From Eledone cirrhosa (Eukaryota): 64,000 nucleotides of DNA. Positions within the stretch are counted from its first letter, which is position 1. Each line of letters starts with the position of its first letter. The stretch covers positions 192,448,001 through 192,512,000 of the forward strand of contig OZ024743.1 of NCBI GenBank assembly GCA_964016885.1. The letters run 5' to 3'. Made by a program: the position numbers and the translations under genes. Below, one piece after another: positions 26,173 to 40,342 of the stretch. The notes beneath the pieces were generated by a model. The model was given only the letters and a program-made list of their open reading frames with translations, searched no databases and was not told the origin of the DNA.

Positions 26173-27596
26173 ATATATATATATGTGTGTGTGTATATTT
26201 GTGTGTATATACATACATCATAGAAATATATATATATATATGTGTGTGTATATACACATACAGGACTGATTCTGGCTTGATTTCTACAGCTGGATGCCCT
26301 TCCTAATGCCAACCTCATTGACAGTGAGTACTGAATGCTTTTTGTCGTGACGCCTATATATATATTAGATATTAGTTCAACAATGATAATAATAACAAAG
26401 GCAAGTTATTGATTTCCAAAGAAGACAGTATGATCGAACTCATATACTATGTCTGATAGTATACAGTTCTCTAACAGTCAATATATCAATATGATCAACC
26501 CTCCGAAACGATCGTAAAACAATAAATGAAATATGTAAAATAACTTGCCTGTTATTATTATCATTGTCAAACAAATATCTAATATATCAGACTCTGTATA
26601 TGAAGGATTGACTCAGTGAAACACGGAACCAAACTCTGGATCTCACTGAAAAACTTGCTAATGGATTACATTGAGTTCTAACTACGGTATTAGACCCTAC
26701 CACAAAAGGTAGACCACATTCATCATCATCATCATCATCATTTCATTTTACGTCCGTTTTTCCCTGCTTGCAAGGGTGGGACAGGAACTGATTCTGGCTT
26801 GATTTCTACAGCTGGATGCCCTTCCTAACACCAACCTCATTTACAGAGAGTGCTGGGTGCTTTTTTGCCGTGGCACCTCCACGATCACTTTGCAGTGGAA
26901 TGATATGGACCCCAGTCCCTATCATCTCATTTCTACAACTGAGTAAACTGGAGCAATGTGAAATAAAGTGTCTTGCTCAAGGAAACAACACATCACCCGG
27001 TCAGAGAATTGAACTCACAACCTTTCGATTGCAAGGCCAATGCTCTAACCACTAAGCCATGTGCCTCCATTATATATATACATATGAGTTTTTTACTCTA
27101 TGACACAAATGTTAGTATTAGTAGGTTAGTTAAAATAACTGTAAAAATAATATTTACCTAAGTAATTAATACAAAATCAAATTAATTAAACCAGCATAAT
27201 TGTCAGTGATAGTGTTTCAATTCATATATGTATTATATATATAAACCCGGATGTGTGTATCTGTCTATAACTCTCTTTACATTTTGTAGTCAAAATTGAT
27301 GTGAATATAATTAAATTTCTCTCTTCATGGGAACATGTGTATATATATATTGCGAGCAAGACAATCACTCTTGCCTCAAGTGGGACTACCCCCGTCCAAA
27401 CCCATGCAAGCGTGGAACACGGACGTTAAACGTTGTTGATGATGATGATGATGATATATGGAACCCTTGCAAGCAGGGAAAAGCGGACGTAAAATGATGA
27501 TGATGTATGTATGTAAAAGGTAAACAGAAATAACACAATTGGTACAGTATATGGAAGGAATATATTAGGTTAACGCTTGAAATAGCAGGAAGAGGG

Positions 27597-27632
27597 TCTT
27601 AACGTTTCGGATGCTAGTCCTTCATCAGAAGA
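27597..27632 (-). ncRNA. Minimal hammerhead, Penelope pseudo-LTR type
   Basis: Minus strand TCTT-CTGATGA-A-GGA(ctagca)TCC-GAA-ACGT-T-AAGA. A decayed copy of the same repeat family is at about 37390-37580 (core 37495-37526). Confidence 0.65.
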
Positions 27633-28668
27633 AAGGATGAGAAATAAGATAGATTGAAGGGACGGGCAGGGTGGAATTGGAAAAAATATTTTTATAGAAT
27701 AATAACAGGTCCATTCATGTTGCCATCTCAACAATCATAAAACAATGAAATGAATATTTAAAATAACTTGCCTTCGTTATTATTATTATTGTTAAACTAA
27801 TATCTTTATATATATATATGATTAAGAAATATATGTTAGTATTTTAAGAGAAATTAATATATTTATCACAAGAAATTTTATCTTCAAGCAACAAATTCAA
27901 TTTGATATGTCAAGGCATAAATTGCTCAATCATTGCCTTTCAAACAGAAGAATGGAGATTGCTACTCACTTCCCTTCTTCAATACAATACAGTGGCAGTC
28001 TTCATTCACCTATTTATTATTTACCATATTAGCCACCCCATTAACCATATCATTAACATATATCTAAAAAAAAAAAATGACACTACCTATAATTTTCAAA
28101 TACTTTTGAAAATAAACAAGAATTTGGAGAGATTTGGTTGATATAACTAACTTTCTCATTACTAAATATAATTTATCAAAAGATTCTTACATGAAATTAT
28201 GATGGAAGGTTTTAATTTAAATATAAACACTTCAAAACAGACAGTATTATACTATAGAACCATGGGTGGTCTCACGCAGAGTTACTATCAAAAAAGTTAA
28301 AAGCAGGAAAAAAAAACATCACTTTTACATTCATTTTTCCATGCTTGCATAAGTTGGACAGAGACTCTTAGACAAATTTTCTTCAAAAAAGTTTATCAAA
28401 GAGATTTTATATCATAAAACCAAGTTGTTGTTTTAAACTGTTTGAGAAGGATTAATCTAGAACAAGCAAGATCGTAGAAATAGAAAAATGTCTGGCAAGA
28501 ATCTTAAAAGCTACTGTCACATATTTCTGCATGCAAATTTATTGGCTCTCAGTTTCTTTAATGACCCTTAGGGGAAATAATATAGACAGCAATTGACTAA
28601 TATATATTTGTTTTAATGTACCAAAATAAAAAGAAATATTTATTTTCTTCACTTTGTAATATATTTAA

Positions 28669-29064
28669 CCCTTTAACGTTTATATTACTCTATATTTATT
28701 ATTATATTTTCACCAGAAAAGCTTTATCTATTGGCAGTATCGGTAGAGGGTCGGACGTCATGCTTTGACACATAGAGTTACGGCCTTTGCCATTCTGAGT
28801 TCAAATCCCGCCGAGGTTAACTTTGCCTTTCATCCTTACGGGGTCGATAAAATAAAGTACCAGTAATACACTGGGTATTTGCTGACCTTGTGCCAAAAGT
28901 AGAAACAATTATTATCTCACATAATATTGAATCTATGAGATATTGATGTTATTTATATTGAGAACAATACCTTAACATTGGTGTGAGTGACCGATTATGG
29001 CCGGTTTGAACAGAAAGAGGTGAGATAATTCTGGCCGGATAATGTCAGTTTAAATGCTAATGGG
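28669..29064. mobile_element. piggyBac-type MITE interrupted by a SINE (about 28730-28913)
   Basis: TTAA|CCC...GGG|TTAA; ttatct duplicated around the SINE. Confidence 0.8.
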
Positions 29065-31050
29065 TTAATTTAATTCTTTCGTTACTATATTTCTAATAAA
29101 ATACACTACCTTTTATTTTCAAATAATTTCGAAAATAATCAAAAATTTGGCAAGATTTACTTACATAATTTTCACATTATTAACACTTTCATTATCATAT
29201 TTCTAATGAAACACACTATAATTTTTAAAATAAACCAAAAATTTGGTGGTATTTAATAATATAATTAAATTTCTCATTTTTAAGTTGGTATTTGGAACAT
29301 AAAGAGTCTTACAAAAAATTATGATGGAAGCTTTTTAGATAAATATAAACACTTTAAAACAAATGATTTTCTATTATTGAACCAGGATGTTAGGTATGAA
29401 AAAGTTAAATGACAAATTTATCCAAGAAATATAGATCAATATTTTGTAACTTATTGTAGTAACTAAAAGGGTGGAAAGATAAGATTATAATGGATTTACT
29501 TGCGGATGTCATGATTCATGGCACATTTGTAGAATGAAAGGAATCGTAGAGAGAGAAGACATAAAGGTAGCGAAGAAGAGAGAGCAATGGGGGGAACTAG
29601 TGTATAAGAAAGGAGGAGGGAAGCCAAAAGAAAGCTGTGTGTTCCTGTGAGGAGCAGGGGAGTTTAAATAGAGAGAAGACATAGAGGTAAGGAAGAGAGT
29701 GAGGGTGGACGATGCTAATAAGAGAGAAGTAGAGTGAAACCAAGAGAGACTGAGCATGTATGTGAGGAGCAGGCAGCAAAAGGGAGAGAAGGAAGACAAA
29801 GGAGGAAAAACAAGAATGCAAGAAGTGGGGAACAAAAGTATGAGAAAGGAAATACACAAATAGTAAAGAAGCTGAGGGGGAGAGAGAGAAAACAGGAGTG
29901 AGAGAAACAGAGACAGAAAGGTGAGGGATAAATAAAAAGAATTACAAAGGATGTAGAAAGAGATGAAATAGAAATATGTGAAGTAGGATAGCAGGCAAGA
30001 AAAGTGAAACTACCCCTGGTTCTATAATCCAGAGCTGTTCATTTGTTAAAGTGTGAATGTGCATGGCTTAATAGTTAGGGTATTCAGCTGCTGATCTTAA
30101 TGTCATGAGTTCTATTCCTGAGCAGAATATTGAATAGATGTAACATCAAGAAAGGTAAACAGAAGCAGGTGTTCTTGGTATCAATGGCATCAAAGCTTTG
30201 TGAATATGGATCAGTGAACAAACAGTAACTAGTATGTGTACGTGTGACTGTATTTATATATGGCCCAGTGATTAAAGTATTGAGCTCATGATCATCAAAT
30301 TTGATTGCAGGACCCAACAGTGCATTGTCCTTAAGCAAGACACTTTATTTCACATTGCTCCAGTCCACTCAGCTGGAAAAAATGAGTTGTACTTTTATTT
30401 TAAAAGACCAGCCATATCACACACTGTCATGCTTAATCTTCTTGAAAATTGTATTAAATGTGCATTTTGTTAGTGGAATGCTTGCATGTTAATTCCATAA
30501 ATAGGCTGTTCCATTGTTTGAACAACTGAAAGACTCATCATCATCATCACAACACACACACACCTTTTAAAGTATTTATATTTATCTTTCATCATAATTT
30601 AATGTCAAAGAATATTTGTTAATAAGAAGAAAATTAGTTATATTACTAAATCCCTCAAATTCTTGATTTTTTTCAAAATAATTTTAAAATGATGGTCAAT
30701 GATAAAAGAGTTAAAAATAAACATTCAAATAAAAGGGAGTGAGGGGGAGGGGGGAGGGGAATCCCAAACAGAAAATAAATAAAAAATAGTGGGAACCTGA
30801 TGTATATTTAAGCATGTCAGTTGTGGGATGGGGCAGGGGGGTATAAAAATAATTAAACCAAATGATTAACACTCATCTTTTTGTTAGATTTCAGATAGAG
30901 GCCTATAACTTGATACTCCTCTAACTTGTGCACTACATATGTATGTGTGTGTATATGATTAACAGTTCTTTGGTTACATTATATTACTAAATTCTTTCAT
31001 TATTCTTTGATTATTTTTTTTCATTAGAAATATGGTAAGGAAAGAGTTAA

Positions 31051-31258
31051 CCCTTTAGCATTTAAACTGGCCATATCTGGCCAGAATTCTCTCACCTCTT
31101 CCTGTTCAAACCGGCCATAACTGGCTGCTCATACTTATGTTAAGGTATTGTTCTCAAACTAAATAATATCAAAATATCATAGATTTGATATTATGTGAGA
31201 TAAAGTGTTTACTGTGAAACTACAATAGTAAATATAGAGTAATGTAAATGCTAAAGGG
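31051..31258. mobile_element. piggyBac-type MITE
   Basis: TTAA|CCCTTTAGCATTTA...TAAATGCTAAAGGG|TTAA. Confidence 0.85.
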
Positions 31259-32125
31259 TTAAACAAACAACTTGTATATGATAGTGCTTGCTTGCACATA
31301 TCTGATCAATTAATAGACCTTGAAAGTATGCATGATAGTATTTGTATGTGTCTGAGCCTTGTAATCCTCCTTCTATTGGTCACATTACCTTGAATAGAGA
31401 TAACATAAACAAGAGAGGTCTTTGGTCTTGCAAAGGACAACGCAGCCTTTTTAGTATTGGTGCCACAAGATGTATTCACTACACTGTATAAAGTGGTTGG
31501 CAAATGAACAGAGGCAACATTAGATCAAGAGGCATCTTTAGTTTTGTCAAGGACATGACAACCTCTCTAAGGCTGGTGCCATGATAAAATGCATCAAGTG
31601 CTCTATAAAGTGGTTGATGTTAAAAAGAACATCCAGCCATAGAAACCAAGCCAAAAATGGATTATACGAACAAGATGTGGAGCAGTAACTCCAAATAAAA
31701 ATCCAGCCAACACAATCAACATAGAAAGTGAATGTAAAACGATGTGTTCATCATCATCATCTGCAACTTATAACATGTTTTTCCATGCTGGCATAGGTTA
31801 AATAGATTGTCATAGACCAAGTCATTACTTAATCTGAGCTACTGTCCTCCTAGACAGGCTTGAAGCTATGTCTGCTAACAAACATTTGATTTTGGTTTCT
31901 ACAGTTTGATGTCCTTCCTAATGCCAATCACTTTAGAGAGTGTACTGAATGCATTTTATCGGGTCACTATATATATATTTGATAATAATGGTATTAATAT
32001 AAAATATTACATTAACATTATATACAGTATACGAGTTCTTAATTCAGTGCCTGTTTAGTGTATTTGTCACTATCATATAAACCCTTAAAACAAGCATATA
32101 TATATATATTACAGATTTGTATATA

Positions 32126-32204
32126 CAGGGTGTCCCAAAACAATGTATACACACTTTTATTAGAATGCTGTTGAAGTGTTTATACATTTTTTGGGGACAC
32201 CCTG
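32126..32204. mobile_element. 79-bp Tc1/mariner-type MITE
   Basis: TA|CAGGGTGTCCC...GGGACACCCTG|TA, with imperfect pairing through most of its length. Confidence 0.8.
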
Positions 32205-32289
32205 TATAAATATATATGCTTGGTGGTCACCTATCTGTCCAACTCATTTGTCTACCATCATATCATGGAAAAATTATACATCTCATATG

Positions 32290-32367
32290 TATTTTGTCTG
32301 AAGAGGACATGTTTTGGTTTATGTTATACATAAAATTTTGCATCTCCGAAATATATATAATAAAATA
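32290..32367 (+). ncRNA. Type I hammerhead with long stem II
   Basis: TATTTTGT-CTGAAGA-GGACATG...CATCTCC-GAA-ATATATAT-A-ATAAAATA. Confidence 0.75.
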
Positions 32368-32759
32368 AATAGAGATGATATAAAGTATATATCTTTCGTT
32401 TATTACTATTAATATTATTATAATATATATCATCATCATTTTACATCCACTTTTCCCTGCTTACAAGGGTGGGGCGGGAACTGATTCTGGCTTGGATTTC
32501 TACAGCTGGATGCCCTTCCTAACACCAACCTCCATTACAGTGTGGGCTGGGTGCTTTTTTGCCGTGGCATCTCCACGACCACTTTGCAGTGGAATGATAG
32601 GGACCCCAGTCCTATCATCTCATATCTACAGATGAGTAAACTGGAGCAATGTGAAATAAAGTGTCTTGCTCAAGGAAACAACACACCATCCGGTCTGAGA
32701 ATTGAACTCACAACCTTTCGATTGCAAGCCCAATGCTCTAACCACTAAGCCATGTGCCT

Positions 32760-32796
<37 letters not shown>

Positions 32797-32800
<4 letters not shown>

Positions 32801-33498
32801 ACTATTAGCCACTCAAGGGTTCTCCCTAAAAATGAAAGGCAGGTTGTATGATGCCTGCATACGAACAGCAATGTTGCATGGCAGTGAGGCCTGGGCATTG
32901 TGTGCAGAGGATATACGCAGACTAGAGAGGAACGAAGCTTGCATGCTCCGCTGGATGTGTAATAGTAACATACGTGAACGGCAAAGCATAAGCGAACTAA
33001 GGAAAAAATTAGAAATAAGAGGGATCAGATGTTGTTTACTCGAGAGAAGGCTACGTTGGTATGGTCACGTGATGCGCATGAAAGATGACAGCTGTATAAC
33101 AAAGTGCAGGCCAATAAAGATAGACGGTAGCTACGGAGTAGGCAGACCCAGAAAAACCTGGGACGAGCTGATAAATTCCGACCTCACACACTAACACCTC
33201 TCCAAGACAATTTCACTGGACCGAGACCTTTGGCGGTACTCAGTAATAGAGAAGACCCGCCTTACCTAAATACAAAGTAAAACCTACTACAGTCTGTAGG
33301 CAACACGGTAAAAACCTCCCAGCCCCACACTGTAAATGTGGTTGGTGTTAGGAAGGGCATCCAGCTGTAGGAAACCCGCCAGACAGTCCTATGCGAGCAA
33401 GACAATCACTCTTGCCTCAAGTGGGAAAACCCCCGTCCAAACCCATGCAAGCGTGGAACACGGACGTTAAACGATGATGATGATGATGATGATGATGA
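32797..33498 (+). mobile_element. RTE LINE 3' end with 3' UTR and (GAT)n tail
   Basis: KGRLYDACIRTAMLHGSEAW, RRLRWYGHVMRM, GRPRKTW. Related pieces at 1-190, 2650-2830(-), 4190-4265, 9420-9750(-), 20140-20680. Confidence 0.9.
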
Positions 33499-36400
33499 TA
33501 CACACACACACATGCAATCCATCAGCTCAAGGTATGATCAGTTACAATTGGGTCAGAATCAGGCCTAACTCTTGAATTGTTATCTCATCTACATAATAGC
33601 ATTAAGTGCTCAAATTAGTGTGCCACCAGTAACTGAACATTATGCACCAAACAACTATATCAGCAATGAAAACATCATATCTGTATATTCCCTTGTCTTT
33701 AGCTTTAGATTGGATTGCTTTTGGATGCTTTTTGATGATGTAGCATGACCAGTTTCATAATCAAACCATCACGTAGTTGTGATCACCAATGAAATATGTA
33801 TCACAGCTTTATTAATAAAGGATTTTTAAACATCTACACCAAACTTCGCATTTATCTTTATTCTACATATACTCCGTAGCAGACTGACAAACTATAGTTG
33901 GAAGAAAACACATGATGTTGAATGCTTAAATCAAATTGTATCATTATTCATTGATTGGTGTGTTGCATAAACAAACCCAATTAGTCAACATGTTTATCAT
34001 AAGTGTGTGTATGTATATATATATATATATATAGGTTTTTTGCAAGGTATTTATTATTATTTTTCTGCCCAAATTCTACACATTGTCTATGACTTTTGTT
34101 CACAGTCCTTTCAAAATCAAATTATTAGTTGCTACTCTGAGACAATGAACTCATTTCAAGTATCACTGAGTGGTATATATATATATGTGTGTACAGCAGC
34201 AATCATTTAAAGACCATTTTCCCTGCCAAAGCAGGGGTTAACCATGCAAACCCCATGATAGGCTTCATACTCATGATGGGGTCTTTTTGAGATACTGTTT
34301 TATAGCCAGATGCCCTTCCTGGTACCAACCCATTTATTTGCCGTTTCCAACATATAGGGATATAGGATAACCATTCTAAACCAGATACACAGAGAATAAA
34401 TATGTGTATCAATATATATGTATGTAAAATGTGAACAGAAATAAAAGCAAATGACAGTACAATGAAGAAATATATTAGTTTAATGTTTATATACTTATAT
34501 GTGTGTTATATGTGTGTGTGTGTGTATAACAGCATATCCAATAAACTACATTTCATTTTGTATTCCTGCTTCAATGTTTTTCTACTCCAAGTCAAGAAAG
34601 AAGTGAATCTCAGACTACTTTTTTCTTTCTATCTTTGCTTTGAAGCAGGTGTTTCATATCTGTAGATTTCTCTTCCTAATTCATACCATCTCAGAACTAA
34701 GATTAAATAGCTACTCCCCCTCCCTTGGATACAGCTGAGAGTTTTAGTTTTTGTTGTTTTTTTTATCATTATTTCCATTTACAGTAGAGTACAAAACGTC
34801 TTGAACATATTTCCTTTATTTATCTTCATTGCATTGAATTCTATATATGGCTGACATTGAGACAATTATAGAATTTGGTCTCTATCTACAAACAGAGCAT
34901 CTTTAGTTTCTCTTTTCAGACAGATCTGAGGAAAAGTACAAGCTAAGCATTTAATGTGGTCAGTTTGAGAGAGCTGATTTAAATTTTATTAAAAATTGGT
35001 TGTTGTTATTGTTGATGCTGCTGTGTCATTTCTTGTAGATGAAATATCTTAACTCTGTCAGTTGTAAACTATGGTAAACCCATCGACATATTTCCTTTGT
35101 CATACTCACTGTCATTGCATTGAGTTCTACCCATGATTGGCATTGATACTATTTTAAAATCTGCTCTCTCTATCTGCTACTGGGGCAGCCTTGGTTTCTC
35201 ACTCCAGATATATTCTCCAGATTTTAAAGTCACCACCATAAGTTCAGTGTTTGATGTGGTCAAACAGTTGATTTTAATTTTGATTAAAAATTGTTGATTG
35301 TACCATTTCTCATAGATGTCAAAAGATCTCCCACATGTTACAATGACAAAAATCACTACGTTCACCCTGTATGCTGATCTGATGCCACAACAAAAAAAAA
35401 AACCCAGTCCATTCTGTAAGGTGGTCATGCTGGTGACACGACAAAAAACATCCAGTCCACTCTGTAAGGTGGTCATGCTGGTGACACGACAAAAAGCACC
35501 CAGTCCATCCTGTTAAATGGTAATTTCAGAATCCCGATAAAAAGCACCCACACTGTAACATGCTAGGCATTACAAAGGGCTTAAAGTGTAGAAACCAAGC
35601 CAAAATACAGATCCGCATGAACATGATGTGGCCTACGGACCTGACTGGTCTCCTAACGTGACAACCCGTCTAACCCACGCAAACGTGGAAAATGGATATT
35701 AAATGATGTAATATTGTAACTCTATTATGAGAATGCCTACATGTGCCTGAGTGAATGACTGATAGTGTTTGCAAGCATACACAATAGTATGAAGTAGCAG
35801 TCGTTAGAATGTCAGATGAAATACTTTTCAGTGTTTGCTCTGGCTATCTGTGCTCTGAATTCAAACCCTAACAAGGTCAACTGTACCTTTCATCCATCCT
35901 TTCAATGTTGATAAATAAAATACCAGTTCAATAGTTGGTTTGATATTTGCTCTATATTTATTTTACAGTCGGCTGAGTAAGGTATGGTGTGGCCAATCTT
36001 GTGTCTGACTCATGCAAGCACGCATGGGTGGGGGGTGGACGTTAAGTGGTGATGATAATGATGATGATGATATATATATATGTGTGTGTGTGTGTGTGTT
36101 CTCTGGATAGAGAAATATCAGCTGTGATGGATATACTCCGCAAGGTTTGAATGCAGCAAGACAAGTTGTAATGTTACAACACAATGGCACCCCTATGACT
36201 CCATCTGGAGTTAGGGATCAATGCATGCAACTGTAAACTAAGGCATACTTTGTACCTTGTATTGTTTATTATAGATGGGGAGGAGGGAGAAACTGACTTT
36301 AATTTTGACTTCTGAGTCATACAAAATACTTCTGACTACAGCCCTGTGTGTGTTGTGTTGTGTGTGTGTATGTGCGTGTTGTGTTGTATGTTGTGTGGCT

Positions 36401-37644
36401 ATCTTCAATAAATAGCATAGACAGACAAAACAATACAGACAATAGCTTTTATCTTAAAACACATTTTAAAAAATAAATATTAATGTTTTCTCTTTGTTGG
36501 TGCTTATAATAATGAAACAGAAATGGGAGTAATAGTGAAAGACAACACGTCTGTATGTGTGGTTGTAGTAGTTGGGGTGAGGAAATAATTTTTGGGAAGC
36601 CAGGAGATGATTTGTGGCAACCAGGTAGAGACTAAAGGGGGCATTCGGCTGATGAAACATAGAACTAACAAATGAATAGTTAAATAAATACTTGTTTTAG
36701 GGGTGTGTGAGATAAACACATTAAACATGCAACAAATTAAGGACTTAAACGCTGTATATAGAATATATAATTAAACTAGTGGGCCTGCGCCATCAATGGT
36801 TGCTAATTTAGACACAGGGCCAGTTGTAGTTTTATTTTTTGTTTTTGTTGTTTTTTTGTGCGAATTAAATAGCCCCAGTATGTGACTGGTACTTTTAATT
36901 TTATCCAACTTGGAAGGATGAAAGGTAAAATTCACTTTAGTGGGATTTGAACATTTCTCCAAGGCTCTAACAACTCTGGCAATCCCCTGCATTACTGCGC
37001 CATCAATAATTATGGCAATAATTGAGCATATTTAAATGTTAGTGTCTGAGATTGGTATACTATATATACCAGATACATGAACACAGTCATGCACACTGGG
37101 AAATTTGCGTTTTAATAAATTAATGGCTTGCATAAGAGTAACCCTATAGTTTATGTTAATTACTGGCACATGGAAATGATTAATGATATGACTGATACTT
37201 TAATCATACATTTCTAGAATATAATTATACAAATGTTCAGAATTAAATATACAAGTGACTTACAGGATTAAATATACAAGTAACTTTGGAGACAAATGTA
37301 GCATTAGAATCCAAGACCTTATGATTGGAAAATCAAATGTAGTAACATGAATGGAATAGGAAACGCATTGTGTGTGTGTGTAAATGCTAACGAGCTACAG
37401 ATATATATGTATGCAAAAAGTAAACAGAAATAACAAAGCAAATGACACAGTACAATTAAACAAATATATTAATTTAAGGTCTGATATAGTAGGAAACGTT
37501 TCGGATACTAGTCTTTCATCAGAAGATAGAATGCAAAGTAAAAGAGGAAATTGAAAAATACAGGATGACAAGAGAAAGGACGAAAAAACAGTGTTTGATA
37601 GAGGGATTCAGTGGGTTTATACACCTCGTTATTATTAGACTATT

Positions 37645-37830
37645 GGATTGGCAGTATCGGTAGAGGGTCGGACGCCATGCTTTGACGCATAGAGTTACGG
37701 CCCTTGCCATTCTGAGTTCAAATCCCGCCGAGGTTAACTTTGCCTTTCATCCTTACGGGGTCGATAAAATAAAGTACCAGTAATACACTGATAACTGCTG
37801 GCCTTGTGCCAAAAGTAGAAACAATTATTA
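37645..37830 (+). mobile_element. Young tRNA-type SINE, family A (about 190 bp)
   Basis: A-box-like TGGCAGTATCGG and B-box-like GAGTTCAAATCC; 14-bp TSD attattagactatt. Near-identical copies at 7085-7245(-), 8772-8890, 24105-24295(-), 28730-28913, 52676-52863, 59390-59500 (19-bp TSD), 61600-61790. Confidence 0.85.
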
Positions 37831-39569
37831 GACTATTACTTAGTCAAAGTTACAGCTGGCGAAATCTAGTTCAATTTTAAAATTCCACTTGCAAGTATTG
37901 AATAAACACACAAATACATGTATGTATATACACATTCATGTAGTCTAGGTTAATCCAGTACTTATATACGTATTTACTCGATATAGCGTATTTATACTTA
38001 TTTATACACATTTACTGTATATAGCGTATATCAAACAGTGGATATTTAAGTGTGTTTATCACACAAGCCAATAAAACAATCGTTTATTAATTTATGTTCT
38101 GTGTGTATCATCATGTAAGGTCAGCGAAACTTCAAAGCAGACAGCCAGCGTATCGGTAGAGCGTCGGATAACATGCTTTACGGCATATAGTTACGAACCT
38201 ATACGTTCTGAGCTCAAATCCCATCAAGGATAGCTTTGCCTTTCAGCCAAAAGGAATTGGTCTTGTACCTAAATCAGAGACCCTTTTTGAAGAGGACAGG
38301 CAGGCGGAATGACCGATCGGTAGAACGACCGAATGATAGACAGACAGACGAACAGAGACAGATAGATAACTAACTAAAATGGGGGAGGGTGATAATGATG
38401 AGAAATAAGATAACCATGTTCGTGGAATGAAGGCGGGGTGCATAAACAGTTGGAGCCAATGGGTGCAAATGAGGTGGAAGAGTTACACGTCAGTTAATAG
38501 GAACTCGTATAGAAATCCATTGTGTGTGGTCACTCATGCGCGAGTTTGTGTGTATGTCTGCGTGATTTGCATTTGTCTAGAAGCTAGACTATCTGCAATA
38601 ATCGCTCATGATGTTTGGTAATTGTATTTAAGTACAGAACCAATTATGAGATGGGTAAAAAATTAAAGATTGGTGACGAGTGGGCAATGAATATATATAA
38701 CAAAAGAATGGTTATAAAAAAACAACACATTTGTTGTTCTGAGTCTGAACATAAAATAAAGTAATAATTTTGTTTTTTAAATTAGTTCTTCAGAAACGTA
38801 ACGATAAAAAGAATAACGTAAACACAAAGAACCAGACATTTTGGAGAGAGAGAGGAAGAACGGAGACAGAATAAGGAGAAAACAAATATGGATAAAAAAA
38901 AAACTGTTGTCTCTGGTATATGAGAGAAAGAGGGGGGATGCATACGTACAGAATGAGAGTGGTGGGAGGGATGTAGATGAAGAACAAAAGCAAAGAATAG
39001 GGGGAAGGAAGAGAAAAATAAAGAACTCTACTCTGATATGGTGGAAAGGAACGTGGGGGTGGAAGGCTTGAATTCTTTTCCTTTTGTTAAATGCCAATAA
39101 TGTTATTAGAGATAGATATCGTTGTGGAGGTGGATATAGGCAGATATTTTCTTTTTAAAAGGGCCAAGAAGGAAAAGAGAAGAAACAAAATTTGAAGATA
39201 CAATAAATAGATTCTATTCACAACAGATGAGGTTTAGTTACTCTACTTTAAAATGTAGGGGGCTTTTGGTTCTAGCCGTCCTTGGTAATTCTTTCATTAA
39301 TCAAACATTTTAAACCCTTTTCATACCAAACCCTCTAAAACCACCCCTGGTTCTACAATATAAAACTGATTATTTCAACCCTTTCATTATCATACTTCCA
39401 AAGAAAGACACTGCCTGTGTGTTTCAATTAATTTTGAAAATAATCTAGAATGTTGAGGGATTTAATAAAATAACTTTATCACCATTACATTGGTGTTTGG
39501 AACATAACTTAACAAAGGTTTCTTAACTATAATTAAAGTTGTTTTTTTTAATATAAGTATAAATATTAG

Positions 39570-40040
39570 AATTTCCAAAGTCTGGCCTGCAATGAACAAA
39601 ATGGAAAGGATATGGAAGTCAGATCTACTCAGAAAAATTAAAATATTCTTCAGAGTATCTGTTGAATCAGTATTGTTGTATGGATCAGGTACATGGACCC
39701 TGACACAAGCAACACTTAAGAAGAAAGTAGATGGTGCATACACTAAAATGCTCAGGGTTGTACAAAACATAAACTGGCATCAACATAATACAGAAACTTG
39801 TCCAAGATAACAACTACCATTTGCAGGATATTGCTAGAGAAGTAAGCAGGAAGTTATACACAAACTACTATTGTGGGAACCAACTCGCGGGAGATGCAAT
39901 ACAGTAAAACCTGCTCGAACCTTTATTGATCAACTCTCAGACGATACAAACCTCAGTATGGAGCAGTTGCCAGGAGTAATGGAAAATTGTGAATTGTGGA
40001 GAGACTTTGTCAGGAATGTTCAACTGTGAATGATGATGAT
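39570..40040 (+). mobile_element. LINE (RTE/RTE-X-like) 3' fragment with (TGA)n tail
   Basis: VESVLLYGSGTW, DGAYTKMLR. A related piece is at 60120-60260. Confidence 0.75.
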
Positions 40041-40342
40041 AAATATTCTAAATGGCCCATTTTGTATCACAGAATCAGAGTGATATCAGGCTGTTTAGTA
40101 TCAAAAGAGCTAAAGTGTTGATACCAAACCAGCCAAAACTGGCTATGGTTCTATGAAAAACTATTCCATTTTAAAGAGTTTCTAATTAAATTGAAATCTT
40201 CCAACTTAATTTTATATAAGAACCCTTATTTTAAGTTACTGTCTTAGTAATGAAATAATAATTTTAGTAAAACCATAAAAATTCTTCATTAATTAAATGT
40301 AATACAGTGTATTTCATTAGAAATATGGTAACGAAGAGGTTA

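Noticed and set aside
37645-37730. tRNA genes at SINE heads
   Set aside because: A/B boxes are present but there is no complete cloverleaf, and they continue into SINE bodies with TSDs.
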